Shown piece after piece: positions 38,951 to 50,330 of a stretch of DNA of 64,000 nucleotides. Position 1 is the first letter of the stretch. Each line of letters opens with the position of its first letter. A program made the position numbers and the translations under genes. The notes under the pieces are model-generated. The model was not told the origin of the DNA. It saw only the letters and a list, made by a program, of their open reading frames with translations, and made no database searches. The stretch comes from Squalus acanthias (lineage: Eukaryota), in NCBI GenBank assembly GCA_030390025.1, contig CM059440.1, forward strand, positions 23,808,001 through 23,872,000, in the 5' to 3' direction.

Positions 38951-39916
38951 GAGCCAGGGGCACAAATCTGCCAGCTCATGCCCCATGGCACAGTGTTTCA
39001 GTACACAAGCTTTGAATACAACACTTATTTTTTTTTAAAGGATCAAATTCAGCCTGACTTTGATTGTTATTGAAGCAACTGCACCCAGTCATATTCTAAC
39101 AAACTCAACTCAAAGCTGTGCTTTTGTACCTCCTCATCCTGTAGAGCTGAAAGTGTCAGATTGTGTCAAAATGCAGATCAATGCTTACCATTGTGTTGTG
39201 TTGTGGGAGGGGGTGGCGGAGGGACAGGGATTGGAGCATCACACCAACATGTACAATCAGTGCGTTTTAGACACAGTAGGTTTTGTACTGCGTTCGTTTT
39301 ATACCTTCACCTCCAGCTTTTCTCTATGTGTTATATTCCACATCTGTATATCCCACACTGAACTCACCAGAGTTCCTGACTGTCCCTTATATACTGTCTA
39401 CTCGTTAATCACACCCACGGTATCAACACTTCTCCCATTCAGAACCAGTAAAACTAGTGATTTCCTTAAAGTTTGCAGTGTTCTACAATTCATTTCAAGA
39501 TCCACCTTTGGTAAGTTTGACACTACCTGATCACTGCTTCCTGACTGACCTTCTCTTCTCTCCTATTCTTTTCAAATGTGGTGGTGCCCTGCACTCTGAT
39601 CCCTTCACCTGGGTTTCTCAATGGGTTTTTCTGACCAGGTGACTGGATGTTCTCTGACAGCCTATAACGAGCATACGAAAAAATGAGGGACAGGAAAAGA
39701 CCTACTGGTCCAACCAGCCTGTCCCATATAGTTATGATGCCTTGTAACCCACCCCAGCATGTAATCTCCTGGGAGAGGTGAAAAAACAGATTAAAAAACC
39801 AGGCCAATTAGGGGGCAAAATCTGGAAAATTCCTCTCAGACTTCCTTAGGCGATCAAAAATAGCCTAGGAGATCACTCTGGCCCTGTTTAACATTTGAGG
39901 TATGGATCTTTCATGT

Positions 39917-40903
39917 TTTTTTTTTATTCGTTTTTATTGGATGTGGGCGTCGCTGGCAAGGTCAGCATTTATTGCCCATCCCTAATTGCCCTTGAGAAGG
40001 TGGTGGTGAGCCGCCTTCTTGAACCGCTGCAGTCTGTGTGGTGAAAGTACTCCCACAGTGCTGTTAAGGAGGGAGTTCCAGGATTTTGACCCAGCGACAA
40101 TGAAGGATCAGCGATATACTTCTAAGTCAGGATGGTGTGTGACTTGGAGGGGGTGGTGTTCCCATGTGCCTGCTGCCCTTGTCCTTCTAGGTGGAAGAGG
40201 TCGCGGGTTTGGGAGGTGCTGCCGAAGAAGCCTTGGCGAGTTGTTGCAGTGCATCTTGTAGATGGTACACACTGCAGCCACGGTACGCCGGTGGTGGAGG
40301 GAGGGAATGTTTAAGGTGGTGGATGGGGTGCCAATCAAGCGGGCTGCTTTGTCCTGGATGGTGTCGAGCTTCTTGAGTGTTGTTGGAGCTGCACTCATCC
40401 AGGCAAGTGGAGAGTATTCCATCACACTCCTTACTTGTGCCTTGTAGATGGTGGAAAGGCTTTGGGGAGTCAGGAGGTGAGACACTTGCCGCAGAATACC
40501 TAGCCTCTGACCTGCTCTTGTTGCCACAGTATTTATGTGGCTGGTCCAGTTAAGTTTCTTGTCAATGGTGACCCCCAGGATGTTGATGGTGGGGGATTCG
40601 GCGATGGTAATGCCGTTGAATGTCAAGGGGAGGTGGTTAGGCTCTGGCTTGTTGGAGATGGTCATTGCCTGGCACTTCTGTGGCGCGAATGTTACCTGCC
40701 ACTTATCAGCCCAAGCCTGAACATCATCCAGGTCTTGTTGCATGCGGGCATGGACTGCTTCATTATCTGAGGAGTTGTGAATGGCACTGAACACTGTGCA
40801 GTCATCAGCAAACATTCCCATTTCTGACCTTATGTTGGAGGGAAGGTCATTGATGAAGCAGCTGAAGATGGTTGGGCCTAGGACACTGCCCTGAGGAACT
40901 CCT
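39917..40903 (-). mobile_element. Non-LTR retrotransposon (CR1/L2-group LINE), 5'-truncated
   Basis: GVPQGSVLGP at ~40875-40902, MFADD, AWADKWQVTF, IYKAQVRSVMEYS, then a 3' UTR and A-rich tail. Confidence 0.85.
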
Positions 40904-41890
40904 CGACAAATGCTGGATTTTGGCCCTCAGGAGGAACGCCTGATCTCACACAAACCCATGAGAGAAGGTGTTGTAAGGAGGGGGGGGCGGGGAATTAGGA
41001 GAGAGGGGGAAAAGTCAATGAGTGACTCCATCAGCAGCTCCCTGGGGTCCTTCCCAGAAGAATTACAATCAGTAATAGCCAGAGGTCATAGGTTTAAAAT
41101 CATTGGCAAAAGATCTAGAGGGGAGATGAGGAGACATTTTTTTTCACTCAGAGTTGTCAGGATCTGGAACTGCCTGAAAAGGACAGACACAAAAGGCATC
41201 AAGGGGTATGGGGAGAGAGGGGGAATATGGTATTGGGATAGAGGATCAGCCATGATCATATTGAATGGCGGAGCAGGATCGAAGGGCCTACTCCTGCTCC
41301 TATTTTTTTTCTATGTTTCAAGACAAAAAGCGGGGATGTGCAACTAAACACAACAGCCAACACAGACACGATGGGCCGACAGGCTGTAAATGTCTATGAT
41401 TGTATGATTCGAGTATCCAGGCAGCAGCACTGGCTGGGAAGGAAGGCAGTTTCCCAACTCAGGATTTTTTGACTCATCTATCTTCCCACCATTGGAAAGG
41501 CTCCAAAGACCATCCCTTCACCCCTTCCAGACACCAGACACCAGCACAGGCAGCTCCTGAGACCCAACATTAATTATGGACGGATGTCGAGTGTCTCGTC
41601 GCTTCCCTAAGGAATGAGACTTAGAATAAGGAGGGGAAATTACAGAGCAGTTACACTAAGACACTGTAGCCGCGGAGGCGTCAACGATTAAGATCTCACT
41701 GCTCAAAAAAGGGAATGGGCACAGGTGATGCTGGAAGACTGTGGCACTATCAGCCTGTGTTATCGAACAGTTTTGTGTCCACAGGGTGAGATCATCTTTT
41801 CTACAAGCGGCCGAGTTACACATTCGAGATATTTTCGTTACTGACAAGGTTTACCCTGGCCTTAAATCTATTTGATTTCCAGCTCTTCCC

Positions 41891-41927
41891 AGTTCTGATG
41901 AAAGGTCATCGACCTGAAACGTCAACT
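41891..41927 (+). ncRNA. Minimal type I hammerhead ribozyme motif, copy 1
   Basis: AGTT-CTGATGA-A-AGGTC-ATC-GACCT-GAAA-C-GTC^AACT: stem I AGUU/AACU, core CUGAUGA, stem II AGGUC/GACCU, GAAA, palindromic ACGU stem III, GUC cleavage triplet (after 41923). Confidence 0.72.
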
Positions 41928-42297
41928 CTCTTTCTCTCTCTACGGATGCTGCCTGGCCTGCTGAGTTTTTCCAGCGTTTTCTGTTGTTATTTCGGATTTC
42001 CAGCATCTGCAGTATTTTGCTATTGTATTAGTGTTTGGTTCACTGCCACCTCTCTTCTTGGAATGCCTACCTTGAAGAAGTTCTGCTCTTCTCTTCGACG
42101 GGATTTCCGTTTGGCTCTTCAACCTTGTTCATCTTCATTGATTTCAGTTTCCCTTCTCGTGTTTGATCAGGTATCTGCCAAGACTCGGTTTCACAGCCAC
42201 ATTACTTTCCTCAGCAACTGTCCTTTGTTCCTTTATCCCCTCCCCCTTTTCCCAGCTTTACCCTGGCCTTAAATCTATTTGATTTCCAGCTCTTCCC

Positions 42298-42334
42298 AGT
42301 TCTGATGAAAGGTCATCGACCTGAAACGTCAACT
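42298..42334 (+). ncRNA. Minimal type I hammerhead ribozyme motif, copy 2
   Basis: Identical to copy 1; predicted cleavage after 42330. Confidence 0.72.
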
Positions 42335-44544
42335 CTCTTTCTCTCTCTACGGATGCTGCCTGGCCTGCTGAGTTTTTCCAGCGTTTTCTGTTGTTATTTT
42401 ACATCTGTATTAAAACTGCTCAGAACAAGTCAGAAGATGGGCAATAAAATCAGAGGCCAGCAGAGGTCCTCAGTCACGTTTTTAAACGAGAGAAATAATC
42501 TGGGGGAAAAAACCTCTCCAATCTGGTCAGTCAGGGCCGCTGCTAAAGCTGACTGAAGTCGGGCAAGCGGAATCTAGATTTGAAACAATTCCGCTGTTTT
42601 GATACGTTATTGGATTTTTTTTAAATGACAAGAAATACGTGTGAGATTTTTGAAAACAATTGTAGGTGAAAATGAGAATTCTTACAAGTCCCTAAAAAGT
42701 AAAACAAAGTACAATCAATTTCAGCAAAGTAGCAGAAAGGGGAAACCTGGGTCTAAACCAGGAGGGGAAAACGGTTCAAATGTGTTAACCCAGCGGAGGT
42801 GTTTGAGTGTGTTTGTTTATTTGGTAGTTTAATAACAGGCGAGGGAACCCAAGCTAAAAGAAAGCGAGACTCAACAACTATCGATGGCCAGGGTTATTGG
42901 AGATAGTGGGCTGGACGGTCCTTTGTAACATTAAAAACAAGTTCAAAAACAGCTCGACACGATCGGTACAAAAGCCCGTCTTCCTATTTGGTGTCTGTTT
43001 TTTTTAAACTGAGTGTCGAATCCATGTTACAAAAAAAACAAATCAGACTTGAGACTCCTGACAAATGTAAATCGCCATTGTGTAAATAAATCTCAGTCTA
43101 CTTTCAGGAGTTAACCGCTAACAAAAAGCATTAGTTTGTTACAGCCGAAAATAACAAAAAAATCAGGATTGGTCAGTGGGCGGCGGGCGAAGGCTGCTGC
43201 TCACATCATTCTCCCCGGTCACCCAGGCACTCAACCCCGGGCAGGTGTCCAGAGGTCCGACCCACCCGCCCCAGGGGGATCAGCTGATTGAAAACGGTGA
43301 GAAATGTAACCAGACATTTGCTTCGAACAGAGAATCAGACAGCTCACTCCGGACAGACCGGGGGGGCGAAACTGGGCAAGCGGCTGAAAAACACTCCCCA
43401 GCCCGGGGGGGGGGGTTGCCGGAGCTCAGTCACCAGGCAGTGAACGTGGTAAATAATAAAACCAGTGGAGTCAGAGCCTGGGACAGACTGGGTGAAGGGC
43501 AGATTAGAAAGGAGCTGGGACTCTCTGCACGACCCGGGCTCGGCACAGACACGTTCAAACCGCTTTAAAACAAACCAGATTGTTCAACAAATCCGAACGT
43601 GGTCCTTAGAAGGGAGCAGGTTTTATTTATTAAAAAAAACGAACCCAGCCCAATTTATACACCCACCACACACACACACACCTTTCTGGGACTGGGCTGG
43701 GATAACGGCAGCGGTCTGCAGGTTACCGGGAGCATCCGTCGAGAGAGAGGAGGATTGTTTTCAAAATCCCTGAAGTGAAATGTATTTTTTTTTAGCAAAC
43801 GTCAAACTTTAAGACACGGGGTGAAAGTCAGTGTTTGAACCGTTAATGTTTGCGGAGCGCAGGACCGTCCGGGGTTTAACCCCCAGATCCGAGGCTGTAG
43901 CTCGGTTCTACTTTACTGAATCTTCACTTTCTGATTTCCGGAGAGAGCTTGAGATTTCACGAAAGGAATTTTAACTCACAATGCACCCGATGCAAAAAGG
44001 AAAGCGTTCGTAGAAAAACAATTCAAATTTAAATTAATCTCAATAAATGAACGGATTGTAGAATGAGATAGGAAACAAAAAGAGAATTAAAATCTAATCT
44101 GATAGTTGGAGTTTATCATAAAACCTTCACACCAGAAACTGACACTGCTCCCGAGAAACAGACAAACACACAGTAATTTAATTAATACTTTCTGTAACAC
44201 AGCAGAAGTGTCGGTGTGTATTTCCGACAGACTCAGAGCAACAGAATCCAATAACTTCAAATATATGTTTAACTGTCGTGTGTCAGAAAACCCGCATTTT
44301 TCTGCCATTTAAGAAATCCACATTGAACTTCTTTAAAGATGAAGAATTTACGGGTGAAACCTCTCCCCCAAAATTGAAACCTCGGCTATTTAAATATTCG
44401 GGAATTCCTGATCTTTGATCACTTCAATCTCGGGTCTGGAACAGTTTAGAGCTGATGGCAGAGTCCGGGTGAAGTCCTGGGTTTCTGCCGCCGAAAGCCC
44501 CCCGGCACGGGGAATGAAGGGAGAACGGGTGGGAAAACGGGAGG

Positions 44545-46810
44545 TGGAATGAGGGAGGGGGAGCGGGAGGGGGGAAATGGGGGAGCGGGAGGGGGGAAAT
44601 GGGGGAGCGGGAGGGGGGAAATGGGGGAGCGGGAGGGGGGAAATGGGGGAGCGGGAGGGGGGAAATGGGGGAGCGGGAAGGGGGGAAATGGGGGAGCGGG
44701 AGGGGGGAAATGGGGGAGCGGGAGGGGGGAAATGGGGGAGCGGGAGGGGGGAAATGGGGGAGCGGGAGGGGGGAAATGGGGGAGCGGGAGGGGGGAAATG
44801 GGGGAGCGGGAGGGGGGAAATGGGGGAGCGGGAGGGGGGAAATGGGGGAGCGGGAGGGGGGAAATGGGGGAGCGGGAGGGGGGAAATGGGGGAGCGGGAG
44901 CGGGGAAATGGGGGGAGCGGGAGCGGGGAATGAGGGAACGGGAGGGGGAGCGGGAGGGGGAACGGGAGGGGGGGAATGAGGGAACGGGAGGGGGGGAATG
45001 AGGGAACGGGAGGGGGGGAATGAGGGAACGGGAGGGGGGGAATGAGGGAACGGGAGGGGGGGAATGAGGGAACGGGAGGGGGGGAATGAGGGAACGGGAG
45101 GGGGGGAATGAGGGAACGGGAGGGGGGGAATGAGGGAACGGGAGGGGGGGAATGAGGGAACGGGAGGGGGGGAATGAGGGAACGGGAGGGGGGGAATGAG
45201 GGAACGGGAGGGGGGGAATGAGGGAACGGGAGGGGGGGAATGAGGGAACGGGAGGGGGGGAATGAGGGAACGGGAGGGGGGAATGAGGGAACGGGAGGGG
45301 GGGAATGAGGGAACGGGAGGGGGGGAATGAGGGAACGGGAGGGGGGGAATGAGGGAACGGGAGGGGGGGAATGAGGGAACGGGAGGGGGGGAATGAGGGA
45401 ACGGGAGGGGGGGAATGAGGGAACGGGAGGGGGGGAATGAGGGAACGGGAGGGGGGGAATGAGGGAACGGGAGGGGGGGAATGAGGGAACGGGAGGGGGG
45501 GAATGAGGGAACGGGAGGGGGGGAATGAGGGAACGGGAGGGGGGGAATGAGGGAACGGGAGGGGGGGAATGAGGGAACGGGAGGGGGGGAATGAGGGAAC
45601 GGGAGGGGGGGAATGAGGGAACGGGAGGGGGGGAATGAGGGAACGGGAGGGGGGGAATGAGGGAACGGGAGGGGGGGAATGAGGGAACGGGAGGGGGGGA
45701 ATGAGGGAACGGGAGGGGGGGAATGAGGGAACGGGAGGGGGGGAATGAGGGAACGGGAGGGGGGGAATGAGGGAACGGGAGGGGGGGAATGAGGGAACGG
45801 GAGGGGGGGAATGAGGGAACGGGAGGGGGGGAATGAGGGAACGGGAGGGGGGGAATGAGGGAACGGGAGGGGGGGAATGAGGGAACGGGAGGGGGGGAAT
45901 GAGGGAACGGGAGGGGGGGAATGAGGGAACGGGAGGGGGGGAATGAGGGAACGGGAGGGGGGGAATGAGGGAACGGGAGGGGGGGAATGAGGGAACGGGA
46001 GGGGGGGAATGAGGGAACGGGAGGGGGGGAATGAGGGAACGGGAGGGGGGGAATGAGGGAACGGGAGGGGGGGAATGAGGGAACGGGAGGGGGGGAATGA
46101 GGGAACGGGAGGGGGGGAATGAGGGAACGGGAGGGGGGGAATGAGGGAACGGGAGGGGGGGAATGAGGGAACGGGAGGGGGGAATGAGGGAACGGGAGGG
46201 GGGGAATGAGGGAACGGGAGGGGGGGAATGAGGGAACGGGAGGGGGGGAATGAGGGAACGGAGGGGGGGAATGAGGGAACGGGAGGGGGGGAATGAGGGA
46301 ACGGGAGGGGGGGAATGAGGGAACGGGAGGGGGGGAATGAGGGAACGGGAGGGGGGGAATGAGGGAACGGGAGGGGGGGAATGAGGGAACGGGAGGGGGG
46401 GGAATGAGGGAACGGGAGGGGGGAATGAGGGAACGGGTGGGGGGGACGGGTGAGGGAACGGGTGGGGGGACGGGTGAGGGAACGGGTGGGGGGGACGGGT
46501 GAGGGAACGGGTGGGGGGGACGGGTGAGGGAACGGGTGGGGGGGACGGGTGAGGGAACGGGTGGGGGGGACGGGTGGGGGGGACGGGTGAGGGAACGGGT
46601 GAGGGGGACGGGTGGGGGGGACGGGTGGGGGGGACGGGTGAGGGAACGGGTGGGGGGGACGGGTGAGGGAACGGGTGGGGGGGACGGGTGGGGGAATTGG
46701 GGGGGTGGAATGGGTGGGGGAATTGGGGGGGGGGTGGAATGGGGGAATGGGAGGGGGAATTGGGGGGGAAACGGGAGGGGGAATTGGGGGGGGAAACGGG
46801 AGGGGGGACT
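44545..46810. repeat. Compound G-rich minisatellite (22-bp, 22-bp and ~25-bp domains)
   Basis: GGGAGCGGGAGGGGGGAAATGG (~44558-44910), GAGGGAACGGGAGGGGGGGAAT (~44930-46430) and GGGTGAGGGAACGGGTGGGGGGGAC (~46430-46690). Confidence 0.95.
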
Positions 46811-47640
46811 GGCGAGTCTCTGCTCGGAATTTCTCCCGTTTTGAGCCCAAATCCTCCTCACTTTCCCCGCGGACATTAACTTCAGTCCCCGCTCACCTCC
46901 CGCCTACTCTCGGGCTGTCACTGGCCGTTCCAGAGCGGGGGGGGATTCGGGGAGACCGACAGGGAACAGCCGCCCATTCAACACCCGGGGACCGGGGCAA
47001 CAAGAGTCCCGGAGCTCGGTAAAGCTCAGCCCGCTGACCCTCCCCTGGCTCCCCCGGGCCGACCCCGGCCCCACTCTTCGGCTCCTGGTCCCTGGGTCTG
47101 TCCCGCCAGCCGCAGGCTCCAACAAAGCCCGGGGAGCCGACAATCGGCTCCCACTCCCAATAAAGCCGACACTCGGCGAGAAAGAGCCGGGCTCCAAGCG
47201 GAGACTCACCCGCCGCCGCCGCTCACCGTCTGCCGTGACTGCGAGTGGGGGGCTCGGAGCCCCAGCCCAGCCAGCAGACATCTTTTTAAATGACATTTTA
47301 TCACCAGTTTTTTGTTGTTGTTACCTTTTAATCAGCAAAACGTTGTCCAGTGTTGGGATCTCCATTATTACAGAGAAAAAAAAGCTCCTTCGGATATGGA
47401 GAGGCTGTTTCTAATGAAAGGGGGAGGACGGCGAGTGTGAGCAGAGCAGAAACCCGCGGCTCTCAATCTCAGATTCAAGCGAGAAAATCGGTGAAGTTTT
47501 TCGTAAAAGTCAAGGAGGCGAGGGCTCGGAGCCGCGCTCTTCAATGGGGACACAAGTTGCCCACAGTCAGGGGACAGTCCCTGCCCTGTACCTGGGCTGG
47601 GGAAGGCACGGTGATAGTTGGTCGGGCACCTGTATTTAAC
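46810..47640 (-). promoter_or_regulatory. CpG island; probable NBL1 promoter and non-coding first exon
   Basis: CpG-dense, repeat-free segment between MICOS10 and the NBL1 coding exons. It has two minus-strand donor consensus sites (ACG|GTGAGC after 47227; CGG|GTGAGT after 47210). The NBL1 first coding exon begins with an acceptor, so an upstream exon is needed. Confidence 0.5.
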
Positions 47641-48559
47641 CCTCCCACCCACCCTGGTCCGCATTTAAACAGATTCTCTGCTTTTCAGCAGATTCATGAT
47701 GTCGTTTTGCCAAGTTGGATCCAGGCGGGATCTCTCAGGCAGTGCCCACTGCGAACCGTTATAGAAACGGGCTGTGCCAACCAGGCTGGCATTGGGGAGA
47801 TTCGCCACCTGAATCAACCTGAGTGCAGTTTACAAACCGAATGGGCAGAGGTGGTTCAGGGTGTTGGAGCGGCCATACGCAGCGATAAGATGCAGGGTGT
47901 GAGGCCACGATTTCAGACCAGATGGGTTGCCAATCTCAGTCCTGCCGTCACCCACAGAGGCTTCAGGAGATTCAGTGGGAAAGAAAAATCAGAAAGTCAC
48001 CCCGGCCACATGATACTACAGCCTGGTGACCGAGAGATGCTGGAAGACTCCTGACCAGGGTATTTCTCAGCTGGGCTCGGAAAGGGGGCTTGGGGGAGTG
48101 GTGGGAGAGGACAAAACAATAACAATTTAACAGAGACATAACAACCGCTTAAATTCACATTTTAGGTCCTGTGACCTATTCTATTCATCAAAGTGAAGGA
48201 TGTCACTGCTGGGGAATGGGACATTTTCCATATCTGGTACCAGTGGCAGCATTGGGCACACCCAGATCAGGCCCAGAGTAAAGCTTCCTCGACACGGCCC
48301 CAGCGAGCATTCTCGGATTAGGTGCAGCGTGGGTTAGATGCATTGAATCATAGAATAGTTACAGCACAGTAGGAGACCATTCGGCCCGTCGAGCCTGTGC
48401 CGTCTCTTTGCAAGAGCACTTCAGCTAGTCGCATTCCCCCGCAGCCTTGCAATTTTTTCTTCTTCAGGTACTTATCCAATTCCCTTAACGCTCCCTCTAC
48501 ACTGCCCCATCAAGCATTCACAGGTAAGGTACAGCATGGGTTAGATGCAGAGTAAAGTT

Positions 48560-48800
48560 CCCTGTACATTGCCCCTCCAATGCACCAGTGTGACCATTTC
48601 TAGTTCCTACACTAATCATGTGAGATTGCCCATTAACGCTGAATTAGCTTCAGTTTTGGGTTGTGGGACCCATATCCACTAGGACTGGGCTGAGAAGATG
48701 TCGGACCCGTACAGCCGGCAGCAGACAGAGCGGGCTTTCATCCTGTAACTCTGGGCTGGGTTTGAAGCTAAGTGCCAGAGATAAAAAGATGGTTTTTCCT
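48560..48800 (-). mobile_element. LF-SINE-like remnant
   Basis: tccactaggactgggctgag and ctgggctgggtttgaa..ccagagataaaaagat resemble the reverse complement of the LF-SINE 5' half (from memory only). Confidence 0.35.
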
Positions 48801-49139
48801 TCTATGTGAGGAGCTGCTGTTACTGCTCAGGGAGTTTGCTCACTAAACAATGGGATGAGTTCCACAGGTCAGAATTAGTTAATATGCTTCAGTTAGCAAA
48901 ATTAAACATGAAGACAAATGACACAGATTAAAGCAGAACTTGTCACTGTACTGGTGCAGTATCACTGCTGTGCGTTTAACTCCTGACTGACAGGAATCTG
49001 CAGATTGCCGCAAGCCCAGAGAGTCCTTATTTAAAGTCAAATTGTAAAATGTATTTCACTTACCAAAGTTAATGCTCTTGAATCTAGTACAAAATTGCAC
49101 TCGACTTGAACATTCACTTAACAGGAATTCAAATATGAC

Positions 49140-49510
49140 TTGTCTCTTTTTTCATTTTTTTCCCCTTACTGAAGGTGTTGATTTTTCTGTTGTCAGATGC
49201 CTCGAGTACTTCGACCAAGTGACCATTCGATATACGTGTGCCTGGACAGTGAGCGTCAATAAGCTATTAGACTGTGCCTGGACAGTGAGCGTCAATAGGC
49301 TATTAGACTATAGAGGAGACAACAGCCGAATCCAATCCTCTCCTCGCCCTATAAGCACACCCCATACTTTCCAGCAGCAGTGACTGGTTGGTGGTCAGGA
49401 GTGGGAACCCTGCTCTGAACCCAGGGCTCTGAGACTAGTTGGAGCATTCCTCCTGACAACCGAGTTCGATCAGCTATCTCAGAACCTGGAGCCTGCCTCG
49501 ACTGTATGTT
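49140..49510 (-). mobile_element. MER131-like SINE with an internal 36-bp tandem duplication
   Basis: Same family; tgtgcctggacagtgagcgtcaata(a/g)gctattagac is duplicated at ~49237-49308. Confidence 0.5.
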
Positions 49511-49524
49511 CTACCATAAATAGT

Positions 49525-49689
49525 AGGGGTAATATTCAACTCCGTCGTCTGGGCAGTAGCCTGGTGGAGCTATCGGATCGCTCGCCCACTTGAACCCATT
49601 GTTCATTCCATTGATTCTCTAGAACTAAACTCAGACGGGTTCTACAACAGGGGGGTGATCGACTCTAAGCGAATTTGAAAATTACCCCC
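49525..49689. mobile_element. Small MITE (165 bp)
   Basis: TIRs AGGGGTAATATTCAA / TTGAAAATTACCCCC with AGT on both flanks. Confidence 0.6.
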
Positions 49690-49984
49690 AGTATCTGTAC
49701 TAACTGGGTTCTGATGGAGTCCATAATCCGAGTGTTAAAAAAACTCGCAAACATTTATAGGTAAATTATTGCTTTCTGTAGAATCAATCTGTGGTTTGCA
49801 GATTCGATTACCTTCCGGTACTGATGATTCTTGAAGCCCATCGGCCTTTACAGCGAGAAATAGCTCTGCATTCACCGTCCGTGTGCTGCGAGATTACAAT
49901 AAAATCAGATCATTTCTGCTTCTTCAGTCTACTCTGGTTTCTTTGTAACCTATTAGAAATAAACCTACAGATGTAAGCGCCAAG

Positions 49985-50330
49985 TCTGTGGCATGTGAGC
50001 AGAACTGGATTAAGAGTTCTTGGAGCTCAAGTAGGTGGTACTGCAATTCACTAAAGGGTGGGGGGACGAGCCAGGGCTCCCATTCCTGACCACTGGAGAA
50101 TGACTCCTGCTGGGAAATGTGCACAAGTGGGAGTTGGATGAGGACAGGATTGGGCACCATTGTGACGCCCCTCCCTGTTGAATACCCTGCAGGAACTCAC
50201 CGGCCAGGTTCGCGCGGATGAGGAATAGTTATTCGGCGACGAACCAGTAGCTGTTGATCCCTGACGCCAGGGTGAGTCCGCACTGTCAGAGGGAGGACCA
50301 AAATCTAGCAAAAAGAAGCAAGCGGTTAGA
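49985..50330 (+). mobile_element. MER131-like SINE
   Basis: Same family (agccagggctcccattcctgacc..cctgctgggaaatgtgc..tgaggacaggattggg). Confidence 0.5.

Larger units (their letters stand above)
41850..42399 (+). mobile_element. Internally deleted Penelope-like element / retrozyme-like partial tandem (407-bp unit, 143-bp direct repeats)
   Basis: 41850-41992 and 42257-42399 appear identical, and each contains a hammerhead core. Between them, ATG 42063 starts MPTLKKFCSSLRRDFR..AKTRFHSHITFLSNC, which resembles the HxxFLxxC N-terminal motif of Penelope ORFs and is then truncated. Confidence 0.75.

Noticed and set aside
44390-46876. 828-aa and 808-aa proline-rich ORFs (extensin-like)
   Set aside because: Artefact of a stop-free 22-bp C-rich repeat cycling through all frames; no splice or domain evidence.
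47350-48054. 234-aa + strand ORF
   Set aside because: Starts at a non-ATG codon in GC-rich promoter-like DNA and shows no recognisable similarity.
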